Part shown: one piece after another, positions 39,528 through 50,049 of the stretch | Position numbering within the stretch: position 1 is the first letter of the stretch | How the letters are laid out: each line of letters starts with the position of its first letter | UHGV virus genome: UHGV-0203063 | Length of the DNA stretch: 64,000 nucleotides | Direction: 5' to 3' (one strand) | Source of the DNA: a virus | Notes under the pieces: model-generated | The model's input: the letters and a program-made list of their open reading frames with translations, nothing else | Database searches by the model: none | Told to the model about the DNA's origin: nothing | Made by a program: the position numbers and the translations under genes

Positions 39528-40698
39528 TAATTGTGTTACTTTTAAATTTAGTTTATCATTTAAAAGATTCTATATTTGTGTCTAAGTTATACTCATAATA
39601 CATATAATTTTGAACTTTTAATATTTCAAAAGCCCGTTTCTTTATGTTTAAAAGTATCTCGTCACTAGGCAAAATATCTGTGTTAGAAAGTATTTTAAAT
39701 AACTTATAATTGTGGTTTGTTAAAAAGGTTATTCTCTTATTTTCTTTTCTAATAAAGTTTTCCCTTGTTTCATTACCTAATTTGACAGTAAGATCGTGCC
39801 CGCTTCCATCATATTCGCAACATATGTTGTCCGACAACAAAATGTCTATATGATAAATCCAGATAGGATAATTCAATTCTCCTTTGTATAAATCACACAA
39901 ATATCTTTGTTGCCTGCTTGTCGCCGTTACATCGTTCCCATTTTCATATAATGTCCGATTACACTTTTCACGTAATTCATTACTTTGAAGAGTATAACTA
40001 CAACCATAACGACTCTGCATAGTCTGAACACCTTTGGCCCTAATTTCTGCTGATTCAAGAGGGTTTTCACAACCATACTTCTTAAGATTATTTTTAATTA
40101 CCGATTCATGAATTTCTGGAATTCTCAAAGTAGAACGATATCCGTATTTTTCTAAAGCATTTTCAGGAATTTTGTATTTCAAACATTTTAAACAACAGTT
40201 TTTCCCACATTCAATAGATTCTATATATCTTCGGTATGATTTTTCTACTATTTCTCCACAATATTCGCATATCGTATGAATTTTTATTCCAGATGTTTTT
40301 GGTAAATCGGAAACTTTTACAAAAATTCGTTGTCCGCATTTTTGGACATCGTAACCAAGATTTTTATAATAATCAAAATTATATTGATTTATAACCATTT
40401 TAACTTCGCTTTCTATTATCACAAATATTTCACCTCCTTTTATAGAATTTTCTCTGAGTTTCCCCAGAAGTTCAGAATATATCTTTCGCATAGATTTCTC
40501 TATGTAGAGCTCCCCATTATCCACACTCGTGGAACATATTCGTTGAACCTTCCTCTATTCGAGGCTTGGTTGCTGATTTCCCAATCCATATATTTTTAAC
40601 TATCACACTTACGCATATTTCATCGTTATGTTGTAGCTATATGGCTCTAAGGGAGTCCCAGCAATTAAAGGAGTTTATACTGACCCAGACTTTTGTTA
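39528..40698 (-). ncRNA. group I self-splicing intron (IA-like, with P7.1), 1171 nt
   Basis: P1 ACUGGCU/GGUCAGU with U-G at the 5' site; P10 CAGAC/GUCUG; P4 UUGCUG/CAGCAA; P6 AACC/GGUU; P7 GAAUAU/AUAUUC; P8 CAUAGA-GAAA-UCUAUG; P9 CUGGG-GAAA-CUCAG; removal restores the frame as WLRQGY. Confidence 0.92.
39556..40422 (-). CDS. intron-encoded putative homing endonuclease
   Basis: GTG start 8 nt after AGGAGGTG; CEYCG..C.KC zinc motif, three (K/R)YG repeats, C-terminal IDI....CCEYDGSGHD nuclease motif. Confidence 0.8.
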   Translation of the reverse strand: MIIESEVKMVINQYNFDYYKNLGYDVQKCGQRIFVKVSDLPKTSGIKIHTICEYCGEIVEKSYRRYIESIECGKNCCLKCLKYKIPENALEKYGYRSTLRIPEIHESVIKNNLKKYGCENPLESAEIRAKGVQTMQSRYGCSYTLQSNELREKCNRTLYENGNDVTATSRQQRYLCDLYKGELNYPIWIYHIDILLSDNICCEYDGSGHDLTVKLGNETRENFIRKENKRITFLTNHNYKLFKILSNTDILPSDEILLNIKKRAFEILKVQNYMYYEYNLDTNIESFK

Positions 40699-43600
40699 AG
40701 CCAGTCATTCATTCCTTGCGCAATTTCAGTTGTTGTCGCACCAAGAGTTTTTCCTAATTCGGTGTAACTCCTCATCAAACTTCTTGCTTGCTCTTCGTTA
40801 TATCCCCCGACGATTCTGATATTCGTCATCGCCGCGTCTAACTCTTTCGTATACTGAATTACCTTCTGTATATCCTGCGGAATCTTGTTTAAAACCTTCG
40901 CAGCAATTCCGAAGTCTGCAATACGCATGGTCGCACGGCGAATATCGTTCGCCATCATATCCCAGATGGAAGTTGCGCCTTTTACGCTCACAAGATTCTT
41001 TTGCGCGTTTGATTGTTTCTTAAGAGCCGCCGTTGAATCGATTTGTGCCTTTGTTGCCGCCTGTTCAACGGAAACTCGCTTAATCAACTCACTATTATTT
41101 TCAGTTAATTGATCAGATTCATTTTGGAGTGCAACAATTGCACCATCAATCGCTTCACGGTGTTTACCAGACGACAAAGCAGCTTGTCTTTGGAGTTTGT
41201 CAACTTGAGATTCAAGGCTTATAAGCTTATTAACATACTGTTGATATTCTCTTATATCTTGCTTTTGTTGTTTATCAGTCGTTGCTTGTTCCTTTCCACC
41301 ATCAGGTATGCCTGTTCTGGTTCTCGTCGTCTCATCATCTATGGTACCATTTGTAGCTTCGGCCCATTTTTGAAACGCTATCCAATTTAAATTCTTATAA
41401 GCCGCACCGAAATTATTAGTGTTACCTCCACCGAATACTGGTGATAACAAATTTTTTATATCAGTAGTATCTTGGTGAATTCCTTTTGTTTCATTTAAAA
41501 TAGCCCCAACACCTTGTTGCGGTTGGTATTTAGCCCCAAACGTATCTGTGAGAATCTCATCCATAGCGGTACGCCCAGCTTTGCTTAACCCGCCAGAACT
41601 CTTTTTATAAGACGGAACTTTAGTTAATATGCCTATCAACTCCGCTTGAGCCGCCTGCATATCACCATTCTTCCACTTTTCAATCCATGATTGCAACCCG
41701 CCAGGACCATAATCAGCAAAAACTTTATCATTTAAATATTTATAAGTTCTACCGATTGTTTTTCCTTCAAAGTCAGTTGTTATAGAAGTTGGCTTAGTCT
41801 TAGACAAATCAGCGACTTCTGAACTTGTAGCCTGTACTTTTAAAATATCTCCCGCCGAATTGTAATAATATTGGTAATTAGCACCACCATTGCCGTTAAT
41901 ACCCGCCCCGAGATATTGCCAACTAACCGTATACAACTTCTGTTTTAAGTCAGTTTCTTGTTTAGTAGCCGCAAGAAGATCTTCGTTGGCTTGATTTAAT
42001 TCATCGATTTTTTGTGTCGTTTCATTAATCGTACTCCCGATTGACATCCCTTTCTGTTTACCCTCGGTTATACCTTTAAACATTTCGGGAGATAATCCCA
42101 TCGAATCCTCATTTCTTTCAGCTGCTTCCTGGGCTTTAATATATTCGGGCTTAGCCGTTTCCGCGTATAAAAATTTAAGACGATTTTCGAGTTCGGTATC
42201 GACTAATTTTGTAAATTCCTGCTCTTTTTGAACACGAATGTCGTTTTGTTTCTTTAGCTCTTCTTTACGTTTAGTATCTTGCTCGTCGAGATAAATGTCA
42301 TACTGTGTGGCAAGGCTTTCCATTCCAGTATCGTCAAATAACCCAAATAAACTTTCTCGTGCTTTGCCCCCGATGCCGTGTTTACCAGACGTCGGAAGAT
42401 AAAGACTCTCAACGGGTGCTTCGTTAATCGCTCTTAATTGTTTGTCTAATAAAGACTTTTCTTTAATAAAACCTTGTTCATCGACACCTTCTAAAACTTG
42501 TTCTAGTTCAATTCCCGCCTGATCCGCGACTTTTTGAACTTTATCTAAATAATCTGAGAATATTCCAATCTTTTCAGAAGAAACGCCAAGCGTATCGGCC
42601 ATTTCGGTCAATTTTTGTTTATAAAAATCAATTTTAGAAATATCATCGTCGACTTGACTCTCGGTCAACTTGTCTATCGCTTCTGCCGATAAAGTTCTAC
42701 CGTAAATATCTCTATTCCTTTGTTTATCAAATTCGGGCATTTGGGATTCTTGAGCAACCCCAAAAGTCGATCCCATAAGCAATCCGTATAAAGTACCAGG
42801 CGCTACATACCCGCCAGGGGCACCAACATAACTGATCTTACGAGCAAATTCTTTAGAAAAAACATCTTTGCTTTTTTGGTCTGCTATTTCTGTAAAAGTG
42901 TCAAAAGTATTAAGAAGATTCCCTTCTTCTGCAATAAATGTATCAAGCTGTTTTCTAATCCATTGGACTTGATCTTCTAATGGCAAACCTTGAGCTTGTG
43001 AAGTAAAACCTTCATACAAACCCTTGCTACGCATATACCTATCATAAACCTCAGGAGATTTGCGAGCAAGATATGTCCTTGCAAGTTCTTCTCCTGTATA
43101 GGGTTGAGTATCGGCAGGCAGATCTTTATTTATGTCTTCTGCAACTTTACTAAATATATTAGTGGTTCTTTGATAGAAATCAACAAGTCGGGTCATTCTG
43201 TCTGCAAGAGTCTTTATACCTTTGTCGTCAAACAAGGGTTTGTCAGTATAACCAAGTTTCATTCTTTCCACACCCGACTCTATCCAAGCCTGCTGCTTCT
43301 TCTCCTCGAGTTCCCAAACATCAGGCGCATACATATCGTATTTGTTGGGCTTCGGTTTTTCATCTTCATTTAAACCACTTAAATATCCAGCGGTAGTTTT
43401 ATCCAATTCTCTATCAAAAATATCGGTTATTTTACTGGAAACTTCAGGGATCGCCTCTTTGATCGCATCAACAAATGCTTTACTGTAATATTTATCTTCG
43501 CCAAAAAATAATCTACTTGCAAGTTCTTCCGTATCTGCCTGCGCCTTCATGCCTTCTTTAATTGCGCTTATAAGGGCATCTTTAGTTATCTCACCCGAAG

Positions 43601-44879
43601 CGAATTTTCCGCTTAAAGTGCTTAACGACATACCTCCATAAGTTTTAAAATCTTTTTGAGTGGGTTGGTACATGCTGCGAAAAGCTTCTTTTAAAAGTTT
43701 TGCATTTTCTGTATTATACCATGGCTTCCCATCGGTTTCACCAAACAAACTACCAAGAAATTGCTGTCTTTGTTCTGGTTGTAAACTATCAAGCAAAGAT
43801 TTGACTTCCTCTACAGTCTGCCCAACCCATTGCCCAATAGGTTTCCCATTATAATACATCGCTTCACGTACTTCGTTTTTGTATGTAAACGGACCTTTTT
43901 CAGCAACACCTTGAACTGAACCAGGAATTTTAACATCGGTAAAAGATTTGCGTCCCTCAAGAACATCAATTAAGTCCGAAATGAGTTTTACACCTTCTCG
44001 ATAAGAACCAACATTTATATCATAAACGCCAGGAAGTGTATTCGCATATTTCATTCTACCTGCATTTATCGGTAAATGGGCAACTTTACTAGTGATAGGT
44101 AAATTTGCGCCTTCTTGTGCTCTAATTAAGGTTGCATTTACAACACTTTGTATTAGATTGTGCATCGCACTAAATGAAGCAGTAGTTTTGTAATCGCCTA
44201 TTTTACCTTCTTTTGCTTTTGTCCAGTCGGTAGAGCCAGATACCACGTATAACTTCCCATCTTTCTTAAATGCCATAGAACGAGCGGTTTCAGTTTCCCC
44301 GCCCACCATTCCCGCAGAAATTTTCATTTTCTGAAAATCTTGAGCGTTTTTAATAACTTTGCGGAAATTTTTCATTGTATCCGTAGAAGTTCTACCAACT
44401 AAGCCCTTTAATTTTTCATTGGTTTGGGGGTCAATTTGCATTTGCTTCATGATTTGGTCAGCAGCTTTTACGGCATCGTTTAAGTCTACCAAGCCTTTAT
44501 CCGTTAATTCTAATATTTTATGCAATTCATCCCCGATAGGCGCTTTACGTTCACTGTAATATTGAAACTTTTTCAAATCTTTAAGCTTACCCTCAATTTG
44601 CCGTTTTAGATCACCTGAGGCTGTTTTTAACTGTGTTTCAAGCGCTTTTTTTTCGCTCTCAAAATCTTTATATCCAGTTTCACGCAAATGGGCAAGTTGG
44701 GTCGCGCTTATCATCACTGCGTTATTTTCTTTCAAATATTTTCTAAGCTCTTCATTAACGGCTTCATATATATGTTGTCCACCAGTTTCGTTTAATATAG
44801 ATTGAAAACTCGTAAATTTCCCAGCTTCGATATCTTTTATAATATGTTCAACATTTACCTCTATTTTTTTATTAGCCAT
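40699..44879 (-). CDS. tape measure protein, exon 1 (with N-terminal nuclease-like domain)
   Basis: ends ELDAAMTNIRIVGG...LGATTTEIAQGMNDWL, the start of the TMP core; spliced CDS is 4181+5008=9189 nt (3062 aa). Confidence 0.9.
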
Positions 44880-44885
44880 AGCAAA

Positions 44886-45377
44886 TTATTTACCTCCATC
44901 CATTTTATTTTTAACAAATTTTATAAAATCGTTTTTAATAAACTTCTCTATATCCTCAGAAGCAACTTCAAGATACCAATCTTCTTCATGGATCCCGTTT
45001 ATAGGATCATGCCAATATTCTTCCCATTTATGAACTTCTTTGCCATATGTGTCTTTATACATTCCCTTATTTGAATATTGATAAATTGGTTCTCCGCTTT
45101 TAGTTTTATAGTTTAATAAATCTTCGTCGACAGAAATATTAAAGCTCCAACCACCAGTATTTGCTATTTTTGCCGCTTTCAAAAATAGAGGCAAATCTAT
45201 CACTTGTATTCTATCGTGGTTTATCTCGTAAACCTCCGTTATCTTCTCTTTGAAAATCCTTAGAACGTTTTCCTTCAAATAATTCATGCACGGAATTCGC
45301 ACTTTTTCTAATTTCCGTTCTAAGTCTGATTTCACATCTTTTTTCAACGCCTGTATCAGCATTTGTTTTATATCCAT
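44886..45377 (-). CDS. hypothetical protein (tail module)
   Basis: 163 aa, AGGAGG RBS. Confidence 0.7.
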   Translation of the reverse strand: MDIKQMLIQALKKDVKSDLERKLEKVRIPCMNYLKENVLRIFKEKITEVYEINHDRIQVIDLPLFLKAAKIANTGGWSFNISVDEDLLNYKTKSGEPIYQYSNKGMYKDTYGKEVHKWEEYWHDPINGIHEEDWYLEVASEDIEKFIKNDFIKFVKNKMDGGK

Positions 45378-45431
45378 AAATTCCGTGCCTCCTTGTTGTT
45401 TTTATTTCCCAAATTCCAAAAAAAATATAGT

Positions 45432-45463
45432 AAAAAAGAGACCTCGCGCATAGCGAAGCCTCT
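45432..45463 (-). terminator. intrinsic terminator
   Basis: AGAGGCTTCGC...GCGAGGTCTCT stem followed by T-run. Confidence 0.7.
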
Positions 45464-45519
45464 AATTTTACCAAAAAATATCCTAAATTTTCTCCTTATA
45501 ATAAAATAAGGATTTTATC

Positions 45520-47766
45520 TCACCATAAATACTCGTAAGTGAAAGAAACTTCGGGATTATCGACGCTTATAACCGCGACCGCGTTAGAGCCTTTTATTAA
45601 AACCCCAGACGCCCTGCTCGAAGTTATCGAGCCAATAAAACACGGGCTGTACTGTATACCGCCTATCATCTCGTCACACACAATCGTACCAGCCGCGAAC
45701 CCGTCAGAACTCAACCCTTGAATTGTTACAGATTTTCCGCTCATTCCAGGGAAGTTTGTGCTATCAGTCGTCGTAATCGTGACCTTTGTAAATAAGACCT
45801 TTGCCGCGTCGATTTCCTGCGTGCCATTTATGTGTGGTAGCGTGTTTCTCCATTTCGGCTTTTCAATCGTGGTTTGTAACTGCCAAGAACGATTGCTCGC
45901 GCTTCCAGAAGCAACCAAAACATATAAGCCGCCAGTTGTCGTATTTAAAAACGAGCACCCAACCTTATAAGCGTCGTTGGTTGGGTTTGGAAGTTCCGCC
46001 CCATATTTCGGAACAATTCCTTCCACAAATTTCTTGTTCGCGATTTCCATATCATCGCTCGGTTCTCTTCCAACAGAGAGCTGCCCCGTCGACGTATATC
46101 GAGCAATCGAATTTTGCACTCCAGAACTCGAAACCAAACAAACATCGTTCGGGTTATTCTGCGTTGCGCAATAGACCTTTACCTGCCCACTTTGAACATT
46201 CGTACAACATTTAACGCGATTATCCAACTCTGCCTTAATAACCTTGTTCTGAACCGCGTTCGTGCTTTCGTCGGACATTTCTGCGTCGAGAATATTTACG
46301 GCGTCAAGAATTCCCCACGCCGCCTTAAAATCGGTTTTTTGTTGGTCGGTTGGTTCAACCTTTTTCGCGTCGGTCAACGCCGCCAAAACCGCTTTGTTGA
46401 GGTTTATGGGCGTAATCGGGCGCTTGGAATTCCTGCCAGCTATATCCGCATCGACCGCGCCATATATACTTAAATCTCCATCTGTCGTCGCCAATTGTAA
46501 CCCGCCAGAAAAGTCTTTCTTTATCGACACCGCGCCAGCGGTGCCATCGCCATAATCTTTGTTTGTTACCAACGTGCACGAGTTGCGTACCCACGAACGA
46601 GTCGAAACCGTAATCGTTATAACATCTTGAATACAACGACTGTTCAAGTAATCGTTGTAAACGTAAGACAACGAATCTTGTTGTGAACGCTCATTCCGCA
46701 AATCGTATTTCTTTCCTGCGAAAAGTATGTAATTCGCTTTATTGAATTGGAGTTTTCCAAGCTGCTCCGTTGTCAGGTTTCCTTGCATCGCGCCTTCGGG
46801 TTCGCTTAATTCAACGCCTTCGGGAATACGCGCAACTTTCGCGTTAACCGTTTTCTCGGTCGCGATTTTATCGCCGTTGAGAGTCGCTCCATCGGGGTTT
46901 ATAATAACCGTTGTATATTTATCCCCTCCGCGCGTTCCAGTCATGTTAATTCCGTCAGTCGTTAATGTGATTTGAGCCGCTGCGGTAGATTGCCCTGTTA
47001 CTTCTTGGACGCCTATTTCGGCAAACGCTTTCGATACGGTGATTTCCGATTGGTTAATCGCGTCAGAATGCCGAACGCTTAACGAGGCATCCGTATCACT
47101 CGTCTCCCACGTGTCATCTTTTTGAATCGCGCCGTTATTAAAAACGTCGTTGTTTTTGAGCTCGGAATGCTTAAATCCGATTTTTTCGTCTATTTTAGCA
47201 GCGATATCGTCGATTAACGCTAACGTTCCAGATTGGGTCGGGAATGTCAACGTGTATTCGCTTCCATTTTCCTCAACCTTAATGTTATCAACGTTATACG
47301 TCGTGACATAATCTTTGTCATTACCGTTTAATATTTTCAGAAAACCGTTCGTTATATTTACGTTGGACGTGTGTTCAACGGTTCCGTAAAACTTCACTTC
47401 CGATGTAAATGTGTTTTGTTCCGTAAAAGTGTTGGGCTCCGCCAACTTCGCAGTCGCTTCTATCGCGGCGTCGAGTTGCTCTTTATTCACGACTTGTTTC
47501 GGGGCTAATCCGCCTTCAACTTGAAATCTGCCGCTCGCGTCCCTCATCGGAATTGTATACGCGTTAGCAGTTTGAGTGGCGAAATAACTAGTTTGAGACC
47601 CCGCCTCACTAACCCCGTATAAGCGCGGGTTTGTGGACGAACTTTCTATCTTGTCTACTTTTTTCGACAAATGCTCGTCGACGTAATCTTTCGGAACGCC
47701 TTCGACGGTTTTATTCACTTTGTCTAAGGCGCTTAATGCTAAATCTCTCGCTAATTTATCCGTCAT
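45520..47766 (-). CDS. tail fibre-like structural protein
   Basis: AYTIPMRDASG, NTFT..NTFT, FP..SGTLAL and STNAVQNKVI motifs typical of fibres. Confidence 0.65.
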   Translation of the reverse strand: MTDKLARDLALSALDKVNKTVEGVPKDYVDEHLSKKVDKIESSSTNPRLYGVSEAGSQTSYFATQTANAYTIPMRDASGRFQVEGGLAPKQVVNKEQLDAAIEATAKLAEPNTFTEQNTFTSEVKFYGTVEHTSNVNITNGFLKILNGNDKDYVTTYNVDNIKVEENGSEYTLTFPTQSGTLALIDDIAAKIDEKIGFKHSELKNNDVFNNGAIQKDDTWETSDTDASLSVRHSDAINQSEITVSKAFAEIGVQEVTGQSTAAAQITLTTDGINMTGTRGGDKYTTVIINPDGATLNGDKIATEKTVNAKVARIPEGVELSEPEGAMQGNLTTEQLGKLQFNKANYILFAGKKYDLRNERSQQDSLSYVYNDYLNSRCIQDVITITVSTRSWVRNSCTLVTNKDYGDGTAGAVSIKKDFSGGLQLATTDGDLSIYGAVDADIAGRNSKRPITPINLNKAVLAALTDAKKVEPTDQQKTDFKAAWGILDAVNILDAEMSDESTNAVQNKVIKAELDNRVKCCTNVQSGQVKVYCATQNNPNDVCLVSSSGVQNSIARYTSTGQLSVGREPSDDMEIANKKFVEGIVPKYGAELPNPTNDAYKVGCSFLNTTTGGLYVLVASGSASNRSWQLQTTIEKPKWRNTLPHINGTQEIDAAKVLFTKVTITTTDSTNFPGMSGKSVTIQGLSSDGFAAGTIVCDEMIGGIQYSPCFIGSITSSRASGVLIKGSNAVAVISVDNPEVSFTYEYLW

Positions 47767-47770
47767 AAAA

Positions 47771-48097
47771 TTACACCCCCTTTGTCATTCGGCAAAATAC
47801 AATCAAATCTTTATTGGTATTTTCGACCTCGAATTTGACTTTCGCAATGCCTTCGATTGAAAAGTGGTAAATCCCGTCGGTTGTGATTTTGTTTACTAAC
47901 TCAAAAGACGAGCTATTGCCCGTAAGTTTGTAAAAAACATCTGAATCAAAATCTGCGGTACCATATAACTCAACACTACCCGCTAGTTCGTCAACTTGCA
48001 TAGTGAGGGTTTCCGCAGAATTGTTAAAAATAACAGAACTCTCGCCTGTAATTGGCTTCTCTTTACCATAAGCGTAAAATGTTTTTACTGAAATCAT
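47771..48097 (-). CDS. hypothetical beta-rich structural protein
   Basis: 108 aa, GGAGG RBS. Confidence 0.65.
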   Translation of the reverse strand: MISVKTFYAYGKEKPITGESSVIFNNSAETLTMQVDELAGSVELYGTADFDSDVFYKLTGNSSSFELVNKITTDGIYHFSIEGIAKVKFEVENTNKDLIVFCRMTKGV

Positions 48098-48156
48098 ATT
48101 GTACCTCCATTTTATTCTAAAAAGTTATTCCCGCAATTGTATAATAAAAGCCGACT

Positions 48157-49689
48157 TTATTCAGTAAGCAGCCAATAAATAGCTCTCGGGTTCGTCTCAG
48201 CTAAGCCAGGTGCTAAGAGCGTTTCGATTTTGGTCAATCTTGCCTCTAACCCCGAGACCGTTGCTGAATCAGCAACACTGTTCCCCTTAATCCATTTCGG
48301 CTTAAAATTCGTGTCGTAAACAACAAAACTGTTCTCAGTCGGCGCTGTTGTCGGGGTAAGCGCTATAACACCGCTTTGCGCAGGAAAATAGGCAACATTT
48401 TGAGTATTTTCCGCGTTCCCATCATGATATAAAAACGCAATTTTACCAGCGGCTGCCGTTTCGTCGTTTCTGATAGCAAGCCACGGCGGTGCAACCGATT
48501 TTTCACCTATGTCTATACCTTTATTATAAGCGAAATAGTTGTTTGCCGTAAATTCATTAGAAGAATTACGTTCAGCAAGCCCAGCAACTGCCGAAGCAAT
48601 ATCGGTGGTTAATGCCAACGTTCCAGAGGCGCTCGGCAAAGCATAGTTAAGAACCGCCGCGCCCGTCCCGCTCGACTTCCTCGAGATGCCCGTGGTGCTA
48701 ATTTTTACATATTGCGCTATCGCGCCTATTCCGCCAGAGCCAACGGTTATGCCACCATCTTCGGCATCAAGTTTAATCGTCGTTTGCAGCGCGGCGGTCG
48801 TGTTTTTATAAATAAAACTATTTGCCGCCGTGAATTCGTTTGCCTGTTCGAGGAAAGGAATTGTGCGAGTTGTATCGGTAGAAGCGACATTAGTCAAATC
48901 CGAAAATTTAACCAGAATCCCGCTCGTGTCGCCCCCCATTACTCTTAATCCACTTTTACTTATCTCATAAAGCTCATTGACTTGAGGTGTAGAACCACTT
49001 GAATAGAGACTTATGCTGTTAGGAAAGTAAGTATTTAAGCTAAATGTATTTGTCCCTGTAAAGACATTATTTCCAGCAGCTGTTACATCTCCAACTCCCA
49101 ATTCACTCAACTTCTTCCAGCTCGAAGCACGAGAGGTGTTATAAACCAAAAGGCTGTCTTCGTTCGGAGCAGCTACAGGCATTAAAGCGATTATACCACT
49201 TTGATCGGGGAAATAAGCATATTTCTCAGTATTTGCCCCACCGCCTTCGTGATATAGGAACTTTATGTGAGACACATCTTGAGTTGAGGTCGCCTTCATT
49301 TTCATCCCAATCCACGGCGCGTTACTCTCCTTTGTGCCTACATCGAGACCGTTATTAACTCCAAAAGTTGTAGTTGTTTGGAAAACATTCGGTGCCGTAA
49401 AAGTGTTCGCGTCCGCCAACTTCGCATATCCAGGGATGGTCGGCGTTTTCGCCATCGTCACGTCTCCGTTAAAAGTCGAAGAACCAGCGAACGTGTTGTT
49501 ACCCGTGAACGCATTGTTCCCAGACGCAACGACGTCACCAGCGCCTAAACTCGAAAGAGCCGTGTAACCCGTTGTTCCGTCTTGGTTAATAACGATTATA
49601 CTGTTGTCTTCGGTGGGTAAAGCGTCGGGAATTTTCCCCACCGACGAATCCACGCGGGCGCCAGTAAATCTAGATAAATATTCGGCCAT
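48157..49689 (-). CDS. tail fibre-like protein with internal repeats
   Basis: start MAEYLSRFTG; repeated N.FT..N.F motifs; duplicated ~80-aa module (PW...FLYH.G...AYFP.QSG.IAL.P..AP.E.S..VY). Confidence 0.7.
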   Translation of the reverse strand: MAEYLSRFTGARVDSSVGKIPDALPTEDNSIIVINQDGTTGYTALSSLGAGDVVASGNNAFTGNNTFAGSSTFNGDVTMAKTPTIPGYAKLADANTFTAPNVFQTTTTFGVNNGLDVGTKESNAPWIGMKMKATSTQDVSHIKFLYHEGGGANTEKYAYFPDQSGIIALMPVAAPNEDSLLVYNTSRASSWKKLSELGVGDVTAAGNNVFTGTNTFSLNTYFPNSISLYSSGSTPQVNELYEISKSGLRVMGGDTSGILVKFSDLTNVASTDTTRTIPFLEQANEFTAANSFIYKNTTAALQTTIKLDAEDGGITVGSGGIGAIAQYVKISTTGISRKSSGTGAAVLNYALPSASGTLALTTDIASAVAGLAERNSSNEFTANNYFAYNKGIDIGEKSVAPPWLAIRNDETAAAGKIAFLYHDGNAENTQNVAYFPAQSGVIALTPTTAPTENSFVVYDTNFKPKWIKGNSVADSATVSGLEARLTKIETLLAPGLAETNPRAIYWLLTE

Positions 49690-49691
49690 AA

Positions 49692-50030
49692 TTAACAACC
49701 TCCGAACGAATCTTTAATTTCTTTGAGTGCTTCCTCGATAAGGTCTTTAAGGTTTTCTTTACCAAGAACCGAAAGTACCATTTTGTATAAAACGGGCGCC
49801 TTTTTGTTGAAGTATTCCTCGACCATAGCGAGTTTTTCTTCGCCGCGTTTGCTGCCGACTAATTCCTGTTCGGCAAGAGCAACGAGCCCTTTGAGATAAG
49901 TTTTGAGCAATTTGATTTTTTCGTCTTTGCTCATTTTGCAGAATTTTATAATCCAAATGATTGCATAAACCAGAGCACCCAAAATAAGCGCACCGATTAT
50001 AACGTATAAAATTATTTTATCGATATCCAT
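49692..50030 (-). CDS. holin (LL-H-like)
   Basis: single N-terminal TM helix, then LV..AEQ...G...GEEK and IE.A. Confidence 0.7.
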   Translation of the reverse strand: MDIDKIILYVIIGALILGALVYAIIWIIKFCKMSKDEKIKLLKTYLKGLVALAEQELVGSKRGEEKLAMVEEYFNKKAPVLYKMVLSVLGKENLKDLIEEALKEIKDSFGGC

Positions 50031-50049
50031 ATTTTCCCTCCTTATAAAA

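Noticed and set aside
40423..40524. N-terminal 34 codons of the 322-aa intron ORF
   Set aside because: They overlap ribozyme helices P3/P8/P7/P9, and a strong RBS points to GTG at 40422.
40665..40698. C-terminus NKSLGQYKLL of the 1404-aa ORF and the TTG start of the 1659-aa ORF
   Set aside because: Both are artefacts of the intron interruption; the first is read-through into P1/IGS.
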